Translations under genes and position numbers: made by a program
Notes under the pieces: model-generated
Databases searched by the model: none
What the model was told of the DNA's origin: nothing
What the model saw: only the letters and a program-made list of their open reading frames with translations
Part shown: piece by piece, positions 1-9,524 of the stretch
Position numbering within the stretch: position 1 is the stretch's first letter
Layout: every line of letters starts with the position of its first letter
Source: an uncultured delta proteobacterium
Lineage (GTDB): Bacteria; Desulfobacterota; Binatia; UBA9968
Direction of reading: 5' to 3'
DNA: 64,000 bases
Assembly: GCA_963755715.1 (NCBI GenBank)
Contig: CAVWLW010000003.1
Span: forward strand, 1-64,000

Positions 1-93
1 TATGAAGGCAGAGCTTATGAGCCTTACTGCACCTTGTCCACTTGCGAGAGCTTCTTTAAGATAGCGAGCCAAAACAGAAAAGGAGTGAGAAAC

Positions 94-291
94 ATGAGAA
101 AACTTCTAGGGCGTTTGTTAGTTGAAGACAATGGGCAGGGTTTAGTTGAGTACACCTTGATCGTCGTACTGGTCGCGTTGGTCTTTTGGGTAGCTATTAA
201 AAATACCAATATCGGCAGCGGGTTGGCTGCTGCTTGGAGCAAAGTCAGCGATTGCGTTTCGACTCCGTCAAGCTGTGATTCCGCCTCGTAG
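94..291 (+). CDS. flp: Flp/Fap type IVb pilin
   Basis: MRKLLGRLLVEDNGQGLVEYTLIVVLVALV: short leader, G-x4-EY Flp motif and hydrophobic helix. AGGAG RBS at 81-85 supports ATG 94. Confidence 0.85.
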   Translation: MRKLLGRLLVEDNGQGLVEYTLIVVLVALVFWVAIKNTNIGSGLAAAWSKVSDCVSTPSSCDSAS

Positions 292-296
292 TTTCG

Positions 297-557
297 ATGC
301 GGGACCACTGCCAGAGATGGCAGCGGTTTCCCTTTTCTAAGGAGGTGACGGTGAAGCGCGGACGATGCGCTGGGGGCTTGGTGCCTTTCTGGGCCAAGGA
401 TCAGACGATCGGCAACAAGATTATCAACGCGCGCCCCGAAACTCTGACGGATAGGCCGCCTTTCAAAGACCTTCTTTCCTCGCGCCGCTGCCTCGTACCG
501 GCGGACGGCTTTTATGAGTGGTGCAAAGCGGGCAAGACCAAGCAGCCGATTCACTAG
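297..557 (+). pseudogene. SOS response-associated peptidase (SRAP/YedK family), internal fragment
   Basis: GLVPFWAKD...INARPETL...F...RRCLVPADGFYEW are SRAP motifs. The N-terminal MCGR and the C-terminal half are absent. Confidence 0.8.
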
Positions 558-906
558 GGACTGGTAACGCTCATTCACGATTATGGTCAATGTTTGGGTG
601 CGGCTCATCCTCTTGTTCGGACTAGCAGTTGCGGAATGCTACCGTATGGCGAAGACAGAGCACACATAGACTTGTCTCGCCCATACATAATAGGAATTCA
701 GGGAGCAGCAATATCCAACACTGGTTTGTAGTCTCAGAAGGGGTCAAGTCCGCTGTTAGCTAGAAGCGGCGATGAGAGACCTCCATCATCCAGACTATTT
801 TTCCTGCGTAGGCCGACCGGATCGGCAGCATCGGCGCTCACCTTGCCAGCGGCCTTTGTCAATATTAGTATCGCGAATGACCGACCTCAACATTTTCTCC
901 AGTAGG

Positions 907-1938
907 ATGAGCATGATCAAAACAAAACGCCTGAGCATGATCGTCGGCGTATTGTTTTTTCTTGTAATAGGTCTAACGCCTGTGGCTCGGAAATTCGTTT
1001 ATGCCGGCGAAACTTTCTATAACGGTGGCGCGGGCGCAACTGGGGTTCGGGAATTGCCGCTGTTCGTTGCGAAGGATTTTAAGATCTTCGAAAAATACGG
1101 CCTCGATGTGGAGTTGATTTCCACAAACGGAGGTTCACCTTTGGTGCAGGCCCTGGTGGGGGGCAGTATGCAATCGGCAAGTCTTGCTGCCATGGCCCCG
1201 ATAAGAGCGGTTCAAGCCGGCGCCAATTTGGCGATCGTCGCCGGGTTCCTGAATAAAAATATGTACTCCTTTGTCACCCGGCAAAACATTCAAAAGGCCT
1301 CTGATCTCAAAGGCAAAACCATAGGAATTGCCAGCTTCGGCGCAGCCAATGAGTTTAGTGTATTACTGGCATTGAAGGCGCTTGGCATTGCGCCCAATGA
1401 AGTAAATCTCCGGGTTGCGGGAGGAAGCTTGGCCCGATTGACCGGGATCGAACACGGCGGTATTGATGCCACAGTTGTTCCGCACAGCAATAATTCAGTC
1501 GTGATCGGGAGAGGAATGCGCGTTTTCGCCGACCTTGCGAAGCTCGTCAAGGAATTTCCTGACGGAACCGTGGTGATGAAACGCAATCTGTCCCAGCGCG
1601 AAAGGGCTGCGTCAAAACGATTCCTACAGGCTTTGAGTGAAGCTATCTACCGGTTGAAAACTGAGCCGGCCATGCGGGAGACCATCGTTGCGAGTATGCA
1701 GAAGCGCATGAGAGTCAATCGCAAGTATGCCGAGGACGTTTACGAAGAATACAATGAAGTATTTTCCTATCCGCCTCGGTTGGGGCGCGATGGACTGCAA
1801 GACGTTTTGGAAATCATGGCAAGGCAAGCGAATAAGCCTCAGGCAGAGTTCAAAATAGAGCGGTTTGTTGACGAGAGCATTATGGATGAGCTAGCCGCCG
1901 AAGGCTTTTTCAAGAAATTGGAAGCTCGCAGCAATTAG
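907..1938 (+). CDS. ABC-type substrate-binding protein, NMT1/THI5/SsuA-like
   Basis: Signal-like N-terminus, FEKYGLDVEL, DLKGKTIGIASFG, C-terminal FVDESIMDEL. Start could be 907 or 913. Confidence 0.8.
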   Translation: MSMIKTKRLSMIVGVLFFLVIGLTPVARKFVYAGETFYNGGAGATGVRELPLFVAKDFKIFEKYGLDVELISTNGGSPLVQALVGGSMQSASLAAMAPIRAVQAGANLAIVAGFLNKNMYSFVTRQNIQKASDLKGKTIGIASFGAANEFSVLLALKALGIAPNEVNLRVAGGSLARLTGIEHGGIDATVVPHSNNSVVIGRGMRVFADLAKLVKEFPDGTVVMKRNLSQRERAASKRFLQALSEAIYRLKTEPAMRETIVASMQKRMRVNRKYAEDVYEEYNEVFSYPPRLGRDGLQDVLEIMARQANKPQAEFKIERFVDESIMDELAAEGFFKKLEARSN

Positions 1939-1967
1939 AATTCTCACAGCGGAAAAGGAGAGCCGTC

Positions 1968-2843
1968 ATGACAACGAGAATCAAACATATCGGGATAATG
2001 AGCCAGACTCCGCCACGTCTTTTTAAGTTTTACGAATGTCTATTCGATTTCCGGACAACTGCACGCGATCCAGCCGCGGAGCGTGACCGCGCCAAAGCAA
2101 CCGGTCATCGGATCCTGGCATCGGGACGCGTTGCCAGTGCCTTCGCTCGAACTGTTATAGCAAGCGATGGCAACATCGGTGTTGCTTTCAACCAGCGCCG
2201 TCCCGGGTATCCGGGCGGACTCGATCACTTCGGCATGATGGTCGATGACATCGGGGAAGCGCTCAAGAGAATCAAAGGAAAGTATCCAACCGTTGGGGCC
2301 GTGAAACGACCTCCTGGTCGGCCCTTCGTTGACTACAGCAGCCACGACCCTGAGGGAAACATATTCGATATTGTCGAGCCCGGAAAAAAACAATTAGTCG
2401 GTGTATGGACAGAGGCGGAAAACACAAGACCACGCCGCATCAAACATTTCACCATCCGCGCAATGAATCCCGCAGCCTTGGCGCAATTTTACGTCGACGT
2501 CTTTGAGTTCAAGCAGGAAGAAAAAGCGCTGGAAGATCCGAACTTTTATCTTACGGATGGTACCGTGACGATGATTCTAGCTCCCTATAAGATCGAGGAC
2601 TACCTCGGCACGGAACATAAGCGACCGGGTTTTGATCATATAGGGTTTGAGGTGGAAAACTTGGAAGCCTTCAAAAACGATGTTGAAGCTCTGGCCCAGA
2701 CCGATCCTGAATATCTGGCGCCAAAGGCTCCAAACGTCGAGTCCGAATATCAAGTCATCATGGATCTCCTCCGGGGCTGCCGGCATGGACAACACCAAAT
2801 GTGTGACCCAGAGGGAAACCTGATGGATATTTCAAACAGCTAA
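1968..2843 (+). CDS. Two-domain VOC (glyoxalase/extradiol dioxygenase-like) protein
   Basis: Duplicated KHIGI/KHFTI, DHFG/DHIGF and DPEGN motifs. GGAG RBS. Confidence 0.75.
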   Translation: MTTRIKHIGIMSQTPPRLFKFYECLFDFRTTARDPAAERDRAKATGHRILASGRVASAFARTVIASDGNIGVAFNQRRPGYPGGLDHFGMMVDDIGEALKRIKGKYPTVGAVKRPPGRPFVDYSSHDPEGNIFDIVEPGKKQLVGVWTEAENTRPRRIKHFTIRAMNPAALAQFYVDVFEFKQEEKALEDPNFYLTDGTVTMILAPYKIEDYLGTEHKRPGFDHIGFEVENLEAFKNDVEALAQTDPEYLAPKAPNVESEYQVIMDLLRGCRHGQHQMCDPEGNLMDISNS

Positions 2844-2873
2844 GATAGAGACTAGCGCAAATAGCTAATACAG

Positions 2874-2917
2874 GAAATGATCTGGCGCAGAGGCTGAGAG
2901 CGGTGCCAGATTATTTC
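2874..2917. terminator. 15-bp stem-loop, probable terminator
   Basis: GAAATGATCTGGCGC pairs with GTGCCAGATTATTTC (two G-U pairs), 30 nt after the VOC stop. Confidence 0.45.
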
Positions 2918-3002
2918 GCTGCGAGCCATCTTGTCGATTCTTCCCGATCGAGTTCCACCAGTTTGATTCCACACCTTTCTTCTGGCTATGATTCACGCAT
3001 CG

Positions 3003-4240
3003 ATGGCTCAGACATTTTTCAAAGTTCTGGCGCCGCAAGAGGCGCTGAAAATTTTGCTCGGCGTTACGCCGGTGGGCGAGGAGCAGATGGCTTCCGTCAA
3101 GGCGCGCGGGCGCGTTTTAGCGGAAGATCTTCACTCCGCGGTCGACCTGCCCCATTTTCATCGCGCGGCGATGGACGGCTATGCCGTCAGAGCCAAGGAC
3201 ACTTTTGGCGCCAGTCAAAGTTTGCCGGCTTATCTGAAACTGGCTGGCGTCGTGGAAATGGGCAAGGAGGCGGCGCAAGCGTTGGCGCCCGGGTCGGCGA
3301 TGCGTATTTCCACCGGCGGCATGATGCCGCCCGAGGCCGATGCCGTGGTGATGGTCGAGTACACCGACGAGACCGATGCCGGTTTAGTCGAGATCCATCG
3401 CGGCGTGTCGCCGTGGCAAAACGTGATTCAGATCGGCGATGATATCAAAAAGGGCGAAGCGGTTTTTTCACGCGGGCGGCGGCTGCGCGCGCACGATCTT
3501 GGCGCTTTGACGGGCGTCGGTATTTCATCGATACCGGTTTATCAGCAGCCGCGCGTCGCTTTGATCTCCACCGGCGACGAGATCGTCGACGCCGATATCG
3601 AGCCACTGCCGGGACAGGTGCGCAACATCAATCAACATTCCCTCGCGGGACTGATCGAAGAGTGCGGCGGCGAACTCAAAGACTGGGGTGTGGTGCGCGA
3701 CGATCGTAGCGCGCTGACCGAAGCAATCGGCGCGGCGCTCGAATGGGGCGATGTCGTGCTGCTTTCCGGCGGCAGCTCCATGGGCGCGAAAGATATCGCC
3801 TTGGAAACGATCTTATCTTTTCCTGATTCCGAATTTATTTTTCACGGCATCTCGATTGCGCCGGGCAAGCCAACGATTTTCGCCAAAGCTTGCGGCAAGC
3901 CGATCCTCGGTTTGCCCGGCTATCCGGTATCGGCGCTGGTGATTTTCGATTTGTTCGCCGCGCCGCTGATTCGCCGCCTCGGCGGTGAAAACATCGACGC
4001 GCTGCAACGCTTCTCGCGCACTGCGCGCGCCGTGTTAAAAACCAACGTCGCCTCGCAGATCGGCCGCGAGGATTACGTGCGCGTCACTTTGGAGCGCCAG
4101 TCGGAAAAACTGGTCGCAACCCCTTGCCAAGCAAATCCGGCGCGATCTTCACGCTGGTCAAAGCCGACGGCATGGTGCGCATCGATATGAATCAGGATGG
4201 TCTGGAGCAGGGGGAAGAGGTGGAGGTAATTCTATTTTAG
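3003..4240 (+). CDS. moeA: Molybdopterin molybdotransferase MoeA (frameshift near 4120)
   Basis: AAMDGYAV, ISTGG, STGDE, SGGSS, PGKP, GLPGYP. The C-terminus LPSKSGAIFTLVKADGMVRI...EVEVILF* continues in another frame to TAG 4240. Confidence 0.9.
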
Positions 4241-4307
4241 TCTAGCGTCTAGGTTTCTAGCGTCTAGAGTTTTCGAACACCAGACCCTAGACTCCCAACG
4301 CTAGACT
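4239..4307. repeat. TCTAG-based short tandem units arranged as an inverted repeat
   Basis: AGTCTAG CGTCTAG GTTTCTAG CGTCTAG on the left; CCAGAC, CCTAGACT and CGCTAGACT on the right. Confidence 0.6.
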
Positions 4308-4318
4308 TTCTCAAGTCC

Positions 4319-6250
4319 ATGGCCCGCAAACGTTACCTCAAGAAAACTCCCTTGATCGAGGCGCGCGAGTTGTTTCTTGCGACAGTGGATCCGAGCGAGT
4401 TAGCCGTCGAAGAAATTGCCGTCGACGATGGGCTCGATCGCATTACTGCGGAGCCCGTCTTTGCAAAAATTTCCTCGCCCCATTACCACGCCTCCGCGAT
4501 GGACGGCATTTGCGTGCGTGCCGAAGACACTTTCGGCGCGACGGAATTCGTCGGCAAGACACTCACAATGGCGGATTCCGATTTGCCGGGATTGGCTTCA
4601 TTCACATACGTCGACACCGGCAACGCGCTTCCTGGCTGGGCCAACGCCGTGATCATGATCGAGAAAGTGCATCAGATCGATGAGCACACGCTGGAGATCT
4701 TCGAGTCCGTGGCGCCGTGGAACCACGTGCGTCTGGTCGGCGAAGATGTCGTCGCCACGGAATTGCTTTTACCGCGCGCCCATCGGTTGCGTCCCTACGA
4801 TTTAGGCGCGCTGCTGGCTGCCGGGCATACCACTGTGCGCGTCAAAGCCCGGCCGAAAGTCGGGATTATTCCGACGGGAGACGAGCTGATCCAGCCTGGC
4901 GAAGAAACTAAGCCGGGCGCAGTGATCGATTTCAATTCCACCGTTCTTGCGAGCTTCGTGCGCGAGTGGGGCGGGGCGCCGATCAAATATCCGCGCGCAC
5001 GCGACGACATGGACGCGCTCATGCAGGCGGTGCGCAGGGCAACCGAAGAATGCGATGTCGTAACCATTATCGCCGGTTCGTCGGCGGGAGAACACGATCT
5101 GACGGCGGACGTCGTCGCCGAGGCGGGAGAACTGCTGGCGCACGGTATCGACGTCATGCCGGGAAAACCCGCTGTGTTGGGTAGCGTCGGCAACAAGCCA
5201 TTACTCGGCGTGCCCGGCTATCCGGTCTCGGCGATCGTCATTGCGCGCGAGATTTTACGCCCGGCGTTAGAAAAATTTCTCGGCTCGGCGGCGCCGGCTT
5301 ATCCGATTGTGCGCGCCATCTTGCCGAAAAAAATTGCCTCGCATCTCGGCTTGGAGGAATTTATTCGCGTTACTCTGGGCCGCGTCAACGAAAAGTTGGT
5401 CGCGGTGCCGCTGGGACGCGGCGCGGGCGTGATCACCACGATGGTGCATGCCGATGGCTTGATGCGCATACCGAGTCTCGTCGAAGGATTGAATGCAGGC
5501 GAGGAGGCCGAGGTCGAACTGCTGCGGCCGATCGCAGACATCGAAAATACGATTCTCTGCACCGGCAGTCATGATCTGGCGATCGGCGTGTTGGAAGATC
5601 AATTGAAACTGCGTCACCCGGAGCTCAAGATTGCCGCCACCAATGTCGGCAGCTTGGGCGGTTTGCTCGCGCTTCAACGCAGCGAAACGCACATGGCCGG
5701 AACCCATTTGCTCGATCCGGAGACCGGCGTCTACAATATTCCCGACATCAAGCGAACGATTCCAAAAGTGCCGGTCGTACTCGTCCACCTGGCCGAGCGT
5801 GAACAGGGAATTCTCGTCGCTCGTGGCAATCCACAATCGATCGGCAGCCTCAAAGATTTGACCCGGACCGGCGTTCGTTTCGTCAACCGCCAGCCGGGTT
5901 CGGGCACGCGGGTGTTGCTTGATTGTGAGCTGAAAAAACTCGGGATCGAGCCGTTGGTGATCGTCGGTTACGAGCGCGAAGAATTTACTCATATGGCTGT
6001 CGGCGTCGCCATTGCGAGCGGACTCGCCGACGCCGGCCTCGGTGTGCGCGCGGCGGCGACGGCGTTGAAACTCGATTTCATCCCCGTGGCCGACGAAGAA
6101 TATGACTTGCTTATGTCGCGGCCGTTTTATGAATCCGCACGCGGCAGCGCCCTGGTGGCAATTATCCGTACCGCAGAATTTCGTCAGGCCGTAAGCGCGC
6201 TCGGCGGCTATGACGCCACCCGGGCTGGTGAGGTTCTCTACCGGCAATAG
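4319..6250 (+). CDS. moeA: MoeA fused to a C-terminal PBP (LysR-substrate-like molybdate/tungstate-binding) domain
   Basis: SAMDG, PTGDE, AGSSAG and PGKP, followed by TGSHD, GSLGGL, VNRQPGSGTR, THMAV and EEYDL of the PBP-like domain. Confidence 0.9.
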   Translation: MARKRYLKKTPLIEARELFLATVDPSELAVEEIAVDDGLDRITAEPVFAKISSPHYHASAMDGICVRAEDTFGATEFVGKTLTMADSDLPGLASFTYVDTGNALPGWANAVIMIEKVHQIDEHTLEIFESVAPWNHVRLVGEDVVATELLLPRAHRLRPYDLGALLAAGHTTVRVKARPKVGIIPTGDELIQPGEETKPGAVIDFNSTVLASFVREWGGAPIKYPRARDDMDALMQAVRRATEECDVVTIIAGSSAGEHDLTADVVAEAGELLAHGIDVMPGKPAVLGSVGNKPLLGVPGYPVSAIVIAREILRPALEKFLGSAAPAYPIVRAILPKKIASHLGLEEFIRVTLGRVNEKLVAVPLGRGAGVITTMVHADGLMRIPSLVEGLNAGEEAEVELLRPIADIENTILCTGSHDLAIGVLEDQLKLRHPELKIAATNVGSLGGLLALQRSETHMAGTHLLDPETGVYNIPDIKRTIPKVPVVLVHLAEREQGILVARGNPQSIGSLKDLTRTGVRFVNRQPGSGTRVLLDCELKKLGIEPLVIVGYEREEFTHMAVGVAIASGLADAGLGVRAAATALKLDFIPVADEEYDLLMSRPFYESARGSALVAIIRTAEFRQAVSALGGYDATRAGEVLYRQ

Positions 6251-6505
6251 CTCATCTTATGCGTCGGCAGCGCGCGGATAGCGCAAGCAATGCCTGCGCG
6301 GTCTTTTATTCCGCGCCAGCAACTCATTAATCAGTGCTCGTTGAGTCGCGATATACACCGCGGAATTCGCTGCAAAGCGTGGCCGGAGTTTGGCCGTTCT
6401 GCGTTTGTTTCCGGGCTTCATGGTTTGTCCATTTCTGTACCGCGTCTTGTTCACCAAATCTTGTGCAAGCTTAATAAAAACAGCTGGTTAAGACGACTCG
6501 CTCGA

Positions 6506-6521
6506 TGGCATCCGCATTGCT
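6506..6521 (+). promoter_or_regulatory. Candidate sigma-54 promoter
   Basis: TGGCAT-CCGCA-TTGCT, ending 36 nt upstream of ATG 6558. Confidence 0.6.
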
Positions 6522-6557
6522 CGAAGAACTCGCGGACGGGTGTGATGAAGGATTCCC

Positions 6558-6803
6558 ATGAATGACTCAATTGAGACGCTGCGCTTGCTCACCCTACCGC
6601 AGGCTGCAAAGCTACTGCATGTCTCCATACGAACTCTCCATCGGATGATTCACAAACAGGAACTCCCGGCGTTCAAGGTCGGTGGACAATGGCGCCTACA
6701 TGAAAGTCGATTGACTGAATGGATTGAGCGCCGTGAGCAGTCAGCCAGTGTCGCGCTCAGACCCGAGGACGAGAGTCTACGCTTGCGGAACGACGCTGGG
6801 TAA
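6558..6803 (+). CDS. Excisionase-like (HTH_17) DNA-binding protein
   Basis: LLTLPQAAKLLHVSIRTLHRMI...LPAFKVGGQWR. Confidence 0.85.
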   Translation: MNDSIETLRLLTLPQAAKLLHVSIRTLHRMIHKQELPAFKVGGQWRLHESRLTEWIERREQSASVALRPEDESLRLRNDAG

Positions 6804-6926
6804 CGTGGCTCGACGTTAAGCCTCCGTCGAGTTCGATAGAAATTGCAAGGTTCCAAGGGCCCAATAAATTGACAGTTTCTATGTGCGAAGCTTGACCGGA
6901 TCATACTTCAAGCCACCGGCGCGTTT

Positions 6927-9524
6927 TTGCGCAGACTACGCCGGAGGCTGCTCGTCATTATTTTGATCGCGGTCGTGCCGATTCTTGCGTTTATTTTGTG
7001 CCAGGCGAAGATCGCGCGCGACGTGCAGATTGCCGAGGCGCGGGAGGCGGCGTGGCAAATCGTCGAAAACGTCGCGCTTCGAGAATCCCGGTTTATAGAC
7101 GCGGCGCAGCAGTTATTGGCCCTCTTGGCGGAAACGCCGGAAGCGGCACACGGAAGCAAGAGCGCTTGCAACCAATTCCTGCGACGATTTGCCGAGCATA
7201 ACACGGTCTATGTCGATCTCGGAGTGGCCGATTCTAATGGCGACGTTATATGCCGCGCTCAGTTAGCTGATTCAAACAGCGAGAACATTGCCGCCACCAG
7301 CCATTTTCGCCAAGCGCTCAAAGAGAAGTCTTTCGCCATCGGCGATTATCAGGTTCAGGGAAGTGAGTCCCGGCGAAGCATCAATTTCGGTAATCCGATC
7401 CTGGATGACCATGGGCATGTGAAGTCGGTGATCTTCGCGGCTCTGGATGTCAATTGGATCAATCAGCTTGCCGCAGACCATACTTTGCCTGACGGTGTGG
7501 CGCTATCGATCGTCGACAGAAAAGGCACTCTCTTGGCGCGATTTCCAGATCCAGAAAAGTGGATCGGCAAGCATATTCCGGACGCCTCGCTCTTCGAGAT
7601 GCTGCAATTGCGCAGCCGCATCAGCACCAGCGAGATGGTTGGTTTGGATGGCGTAGACCGGCTCTATGCATTGAAACCGATTCCCCGGCACGCTACGGCA
7701 GGCCAAATTTATGTGATGGTCGGAATCCCCAAGGAGGTGGCATTCGGCCAAGCCAACGAGGCCTTGACGCGCAGTTTGATCTGGCTCGGCATCGTTTCCC
7801 TGATGGCGACCGGCCTGGCTTGGTTGATCGGCAGCAAATTTGTCGTGGGGTATGTAAAAGTCCGCGCCGAGTCCGAAGAGGCGCGCGCTCAGCTCGCAGC
7901 GATCGTTGAATCCTCCCAGGATGCGATCATCGGCATGACCTTGGACGGCGTGGTAACGAGCTGGAATGAAGGCGCCCAGTCGATGTACGGCTTCGAAAGT
8001 CATGAGATTGTCGGTCAATCCGTTTACCGTCTCATTCCCGAAACGCACCAGGGTGAAGTGACCGAGCTCTTGAATATCGTTAAACGCGATCTTGGTATCA
8101 ATCGCTATGAAAGCAAGCGCATGCGCCAGGATGGTCAACTGTTCGACGTGTCCGCGTCGCTCTCGCCGGTCCGCGACCTGCAAGGAAACGTGATCGGTGC
8201 TGCCACCATCACGCGGGATATCACCCTGCAGCGCAAAGGCGAAGAACAACTGCTCGCCTACACGGACCAGTTAGAGACGCTCAATCTGGTTTCTCAGGAA
8301 ATCGCCGGCACGCTCTTGGTCCCCGACGTTATCGAACGGAGCTTGCGCCGGCTGGTTTCAGCCACTGGATTCGAAATCGCACTCGCACAGTGCGAGCAAG
8401 ACTCCGCGGAGGGAAAATTCTACGGGGTTACTTCCGGTTCCCACTCGATTTCAGAACTGGCGCAGATCTGGAACGGATTGGGGCCTGAATTCGAGCAGTG
8501 TTTCTGGCAGTGTCGGAATGCCTGGTTTGTCGAAGATGTGGCGGAGGCGCCAGAGTTGGCTTCGGCCGCCGCCGACAGCCGGATCCGGGCCCTCGCGGTG
8601 TTGCCGCTCGCGCACGACACGCCGCTGCGCGCGGCGGTCGCATTGATGAGCACGCGCGTTCACCCGTTCGGCACCGACGAGAAACAGTTCCTGCAAGCAA
8701 TGGCGCGGCAAATTGCCCTCGCGGTGGAAAACGCCCGGCTCTACGGCGCCACCCTGGAAGCCAACCAAGAACTGCGCCGCGAAATTGAAGAGCGTAAACG
8801 CGCAGAGCAAACCTTGGCCGATTTCACGGCGATGGTGGCGCACGACCTGCGCTCGCCGTTGTCGAATGTGGTATCGATCACGGATTCGATCCGGGATGGG
8901 TTGTTCGGCGCGGTGACGGAACTGCAACAGAAATGGCTCTGGAAGATTCAGTCGAGCTGCAAGAGTTTGATCACCCACGTCAGCGACTTTTTAGATATCT
9001 CGAAAGTCGACGCTGGCAACCTTCAACTTGTAAAGGCTCCGGTGGAGATCCGACCGCTGCTGCAAGACACTTTGATCGAATATTCCGTTGAGGCGGACAA
9101 GCGAAAAATCGCCCTCAAGACCGAGATCAGCGACTATCTACCGCAACTCTGCGTCGATCGCCGGCGCATGAATCAGGTGTTGAGTAATCTTTTGAGCAAC
9201 GCTCTCAAATTCACTGAGATCGGCGGCGAGATCGAAGTCGCGGCGAGAACCTGGGGCGATTCAGAGATTATTCTGGCAGTCAAAGATTCGGGTATCGGCA
9301 TTCCGCAAGACGAGCTGGAGCTGATTTTTGACAAGTACCGCCAAGGCGGCGGTGGACGGCACTCGACCCATACGGGAACTGGGCTCGGTCTAGCAATTTG
9401 CAAAAAAATCGTCGAAGCCCATGGCGGCCGGATCTGGGTCGAAAGCGAGCTGGGTCGGGGCAGCACTTTTTATGTTTCGCTGCCGCTTCAGCTCGCCGAT
9501 TGGCGCTGCGCTACACCGGCATGA
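6927..9524 (+). CDS. Sensor histidine kinase (dCache-TM-PAS-GAF-HisKA-HATPase)
   Basis: Two TM segments, AIVESSQDAII PAS, GAF ending IALAVENARLY, H-box AHDLRSPL, NLLSNALKF, DSGIGI, GTGLGLAI. Confidence 0.9.
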   Translation: MRRLRRRLLVIILIAVVPILAFILCQAKIARDVQIAEAREAAWQIVENVALRESRFIDAAQQLLALLAETPEAAHGSKSACNQFLRRFAEHNTVYVDLGVADSNGDVICRAQLADSNSENIAATSHFRQALKEKSFAIGDYQVQGSESRRSINFGNPILDDHGHVKSVIFAALDVNWINQLAADHTLPDGVALSIVDRKGTLLARFPDPEKWIGKHIPDASLFEMLQLRSRISTSEMVGLDGVDRLYALKPIPRHATAGQIYVMVGIPKEVAFGQANEALTRSLIWLGIVSLMATGLAWLIGSKFVVGYVKVRAESEEARAQLAAIVESSQDAIIGMTLDGVVTSWNEGAQSMYGFESHEIVGQSVYRLIPETHQGEVTELLNIVKRDLGINRYESKRMRQDGQLFDVSASLSPVRDLQGNVIGAATITRDITLQRKGEEQLLAYTDQLETLNLVSQEIAGTLLVPDVIERSLRRLVSATGFEIALAQCEQDSAEGKFYGVTSGSHSISELAQIWNGLGPEFEQCFWQCRNAWFVEDVAEAPELASAAADSRIRALAVLPLAHDTPLRAAVALMSTRVHPFGTDEKQFLQAMARQIALAVENARLYGATLEANQELRREIEERKRAEQTLADFTAMVAHDLRSPLSNVVSITDSIRDGLFGAVTELQQKWLWKIQSSCKSLITHVSDFLDISKVDAGNLQLVKAPVEIRPLLQDTLIEYSVEADKRKIALKTEISDYLPQLCVDRRRMNQVLSNLLSNALKFTEIGGEIEVAARTWGDSEIILAVKDSGIGIPQDELELIFDKYRQGGGGRHSTHTGTGLGLAICKKIVEAHGGRIWVESELGRGSTFYVSLPLQLADWRCATPA

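Noticed and set aside
24-608. 194-aa minus-strand ORF
   Set aside because: Antisense to the pilin and the SRAP fragment, with no motif.
713-761. Integron attC-like site (ATCCAAC...GTTAGCT)
   Set aside because: Too short, imperfect core, no internal palindrome and no integrase.
2844-3002. Moco/Wco riboswitch upstream of moeA
   Set aside because: Only one simple hairpin is visible, and a TTGATT-N18-TATGAT promoter candidate lies downstream of it, leaving almost no leader.
6558-6803. Prophage excisionase
   Set aside because: No integrase, att site or phage genes nearby. HTH_17 proteins are often stand-alone regulators.
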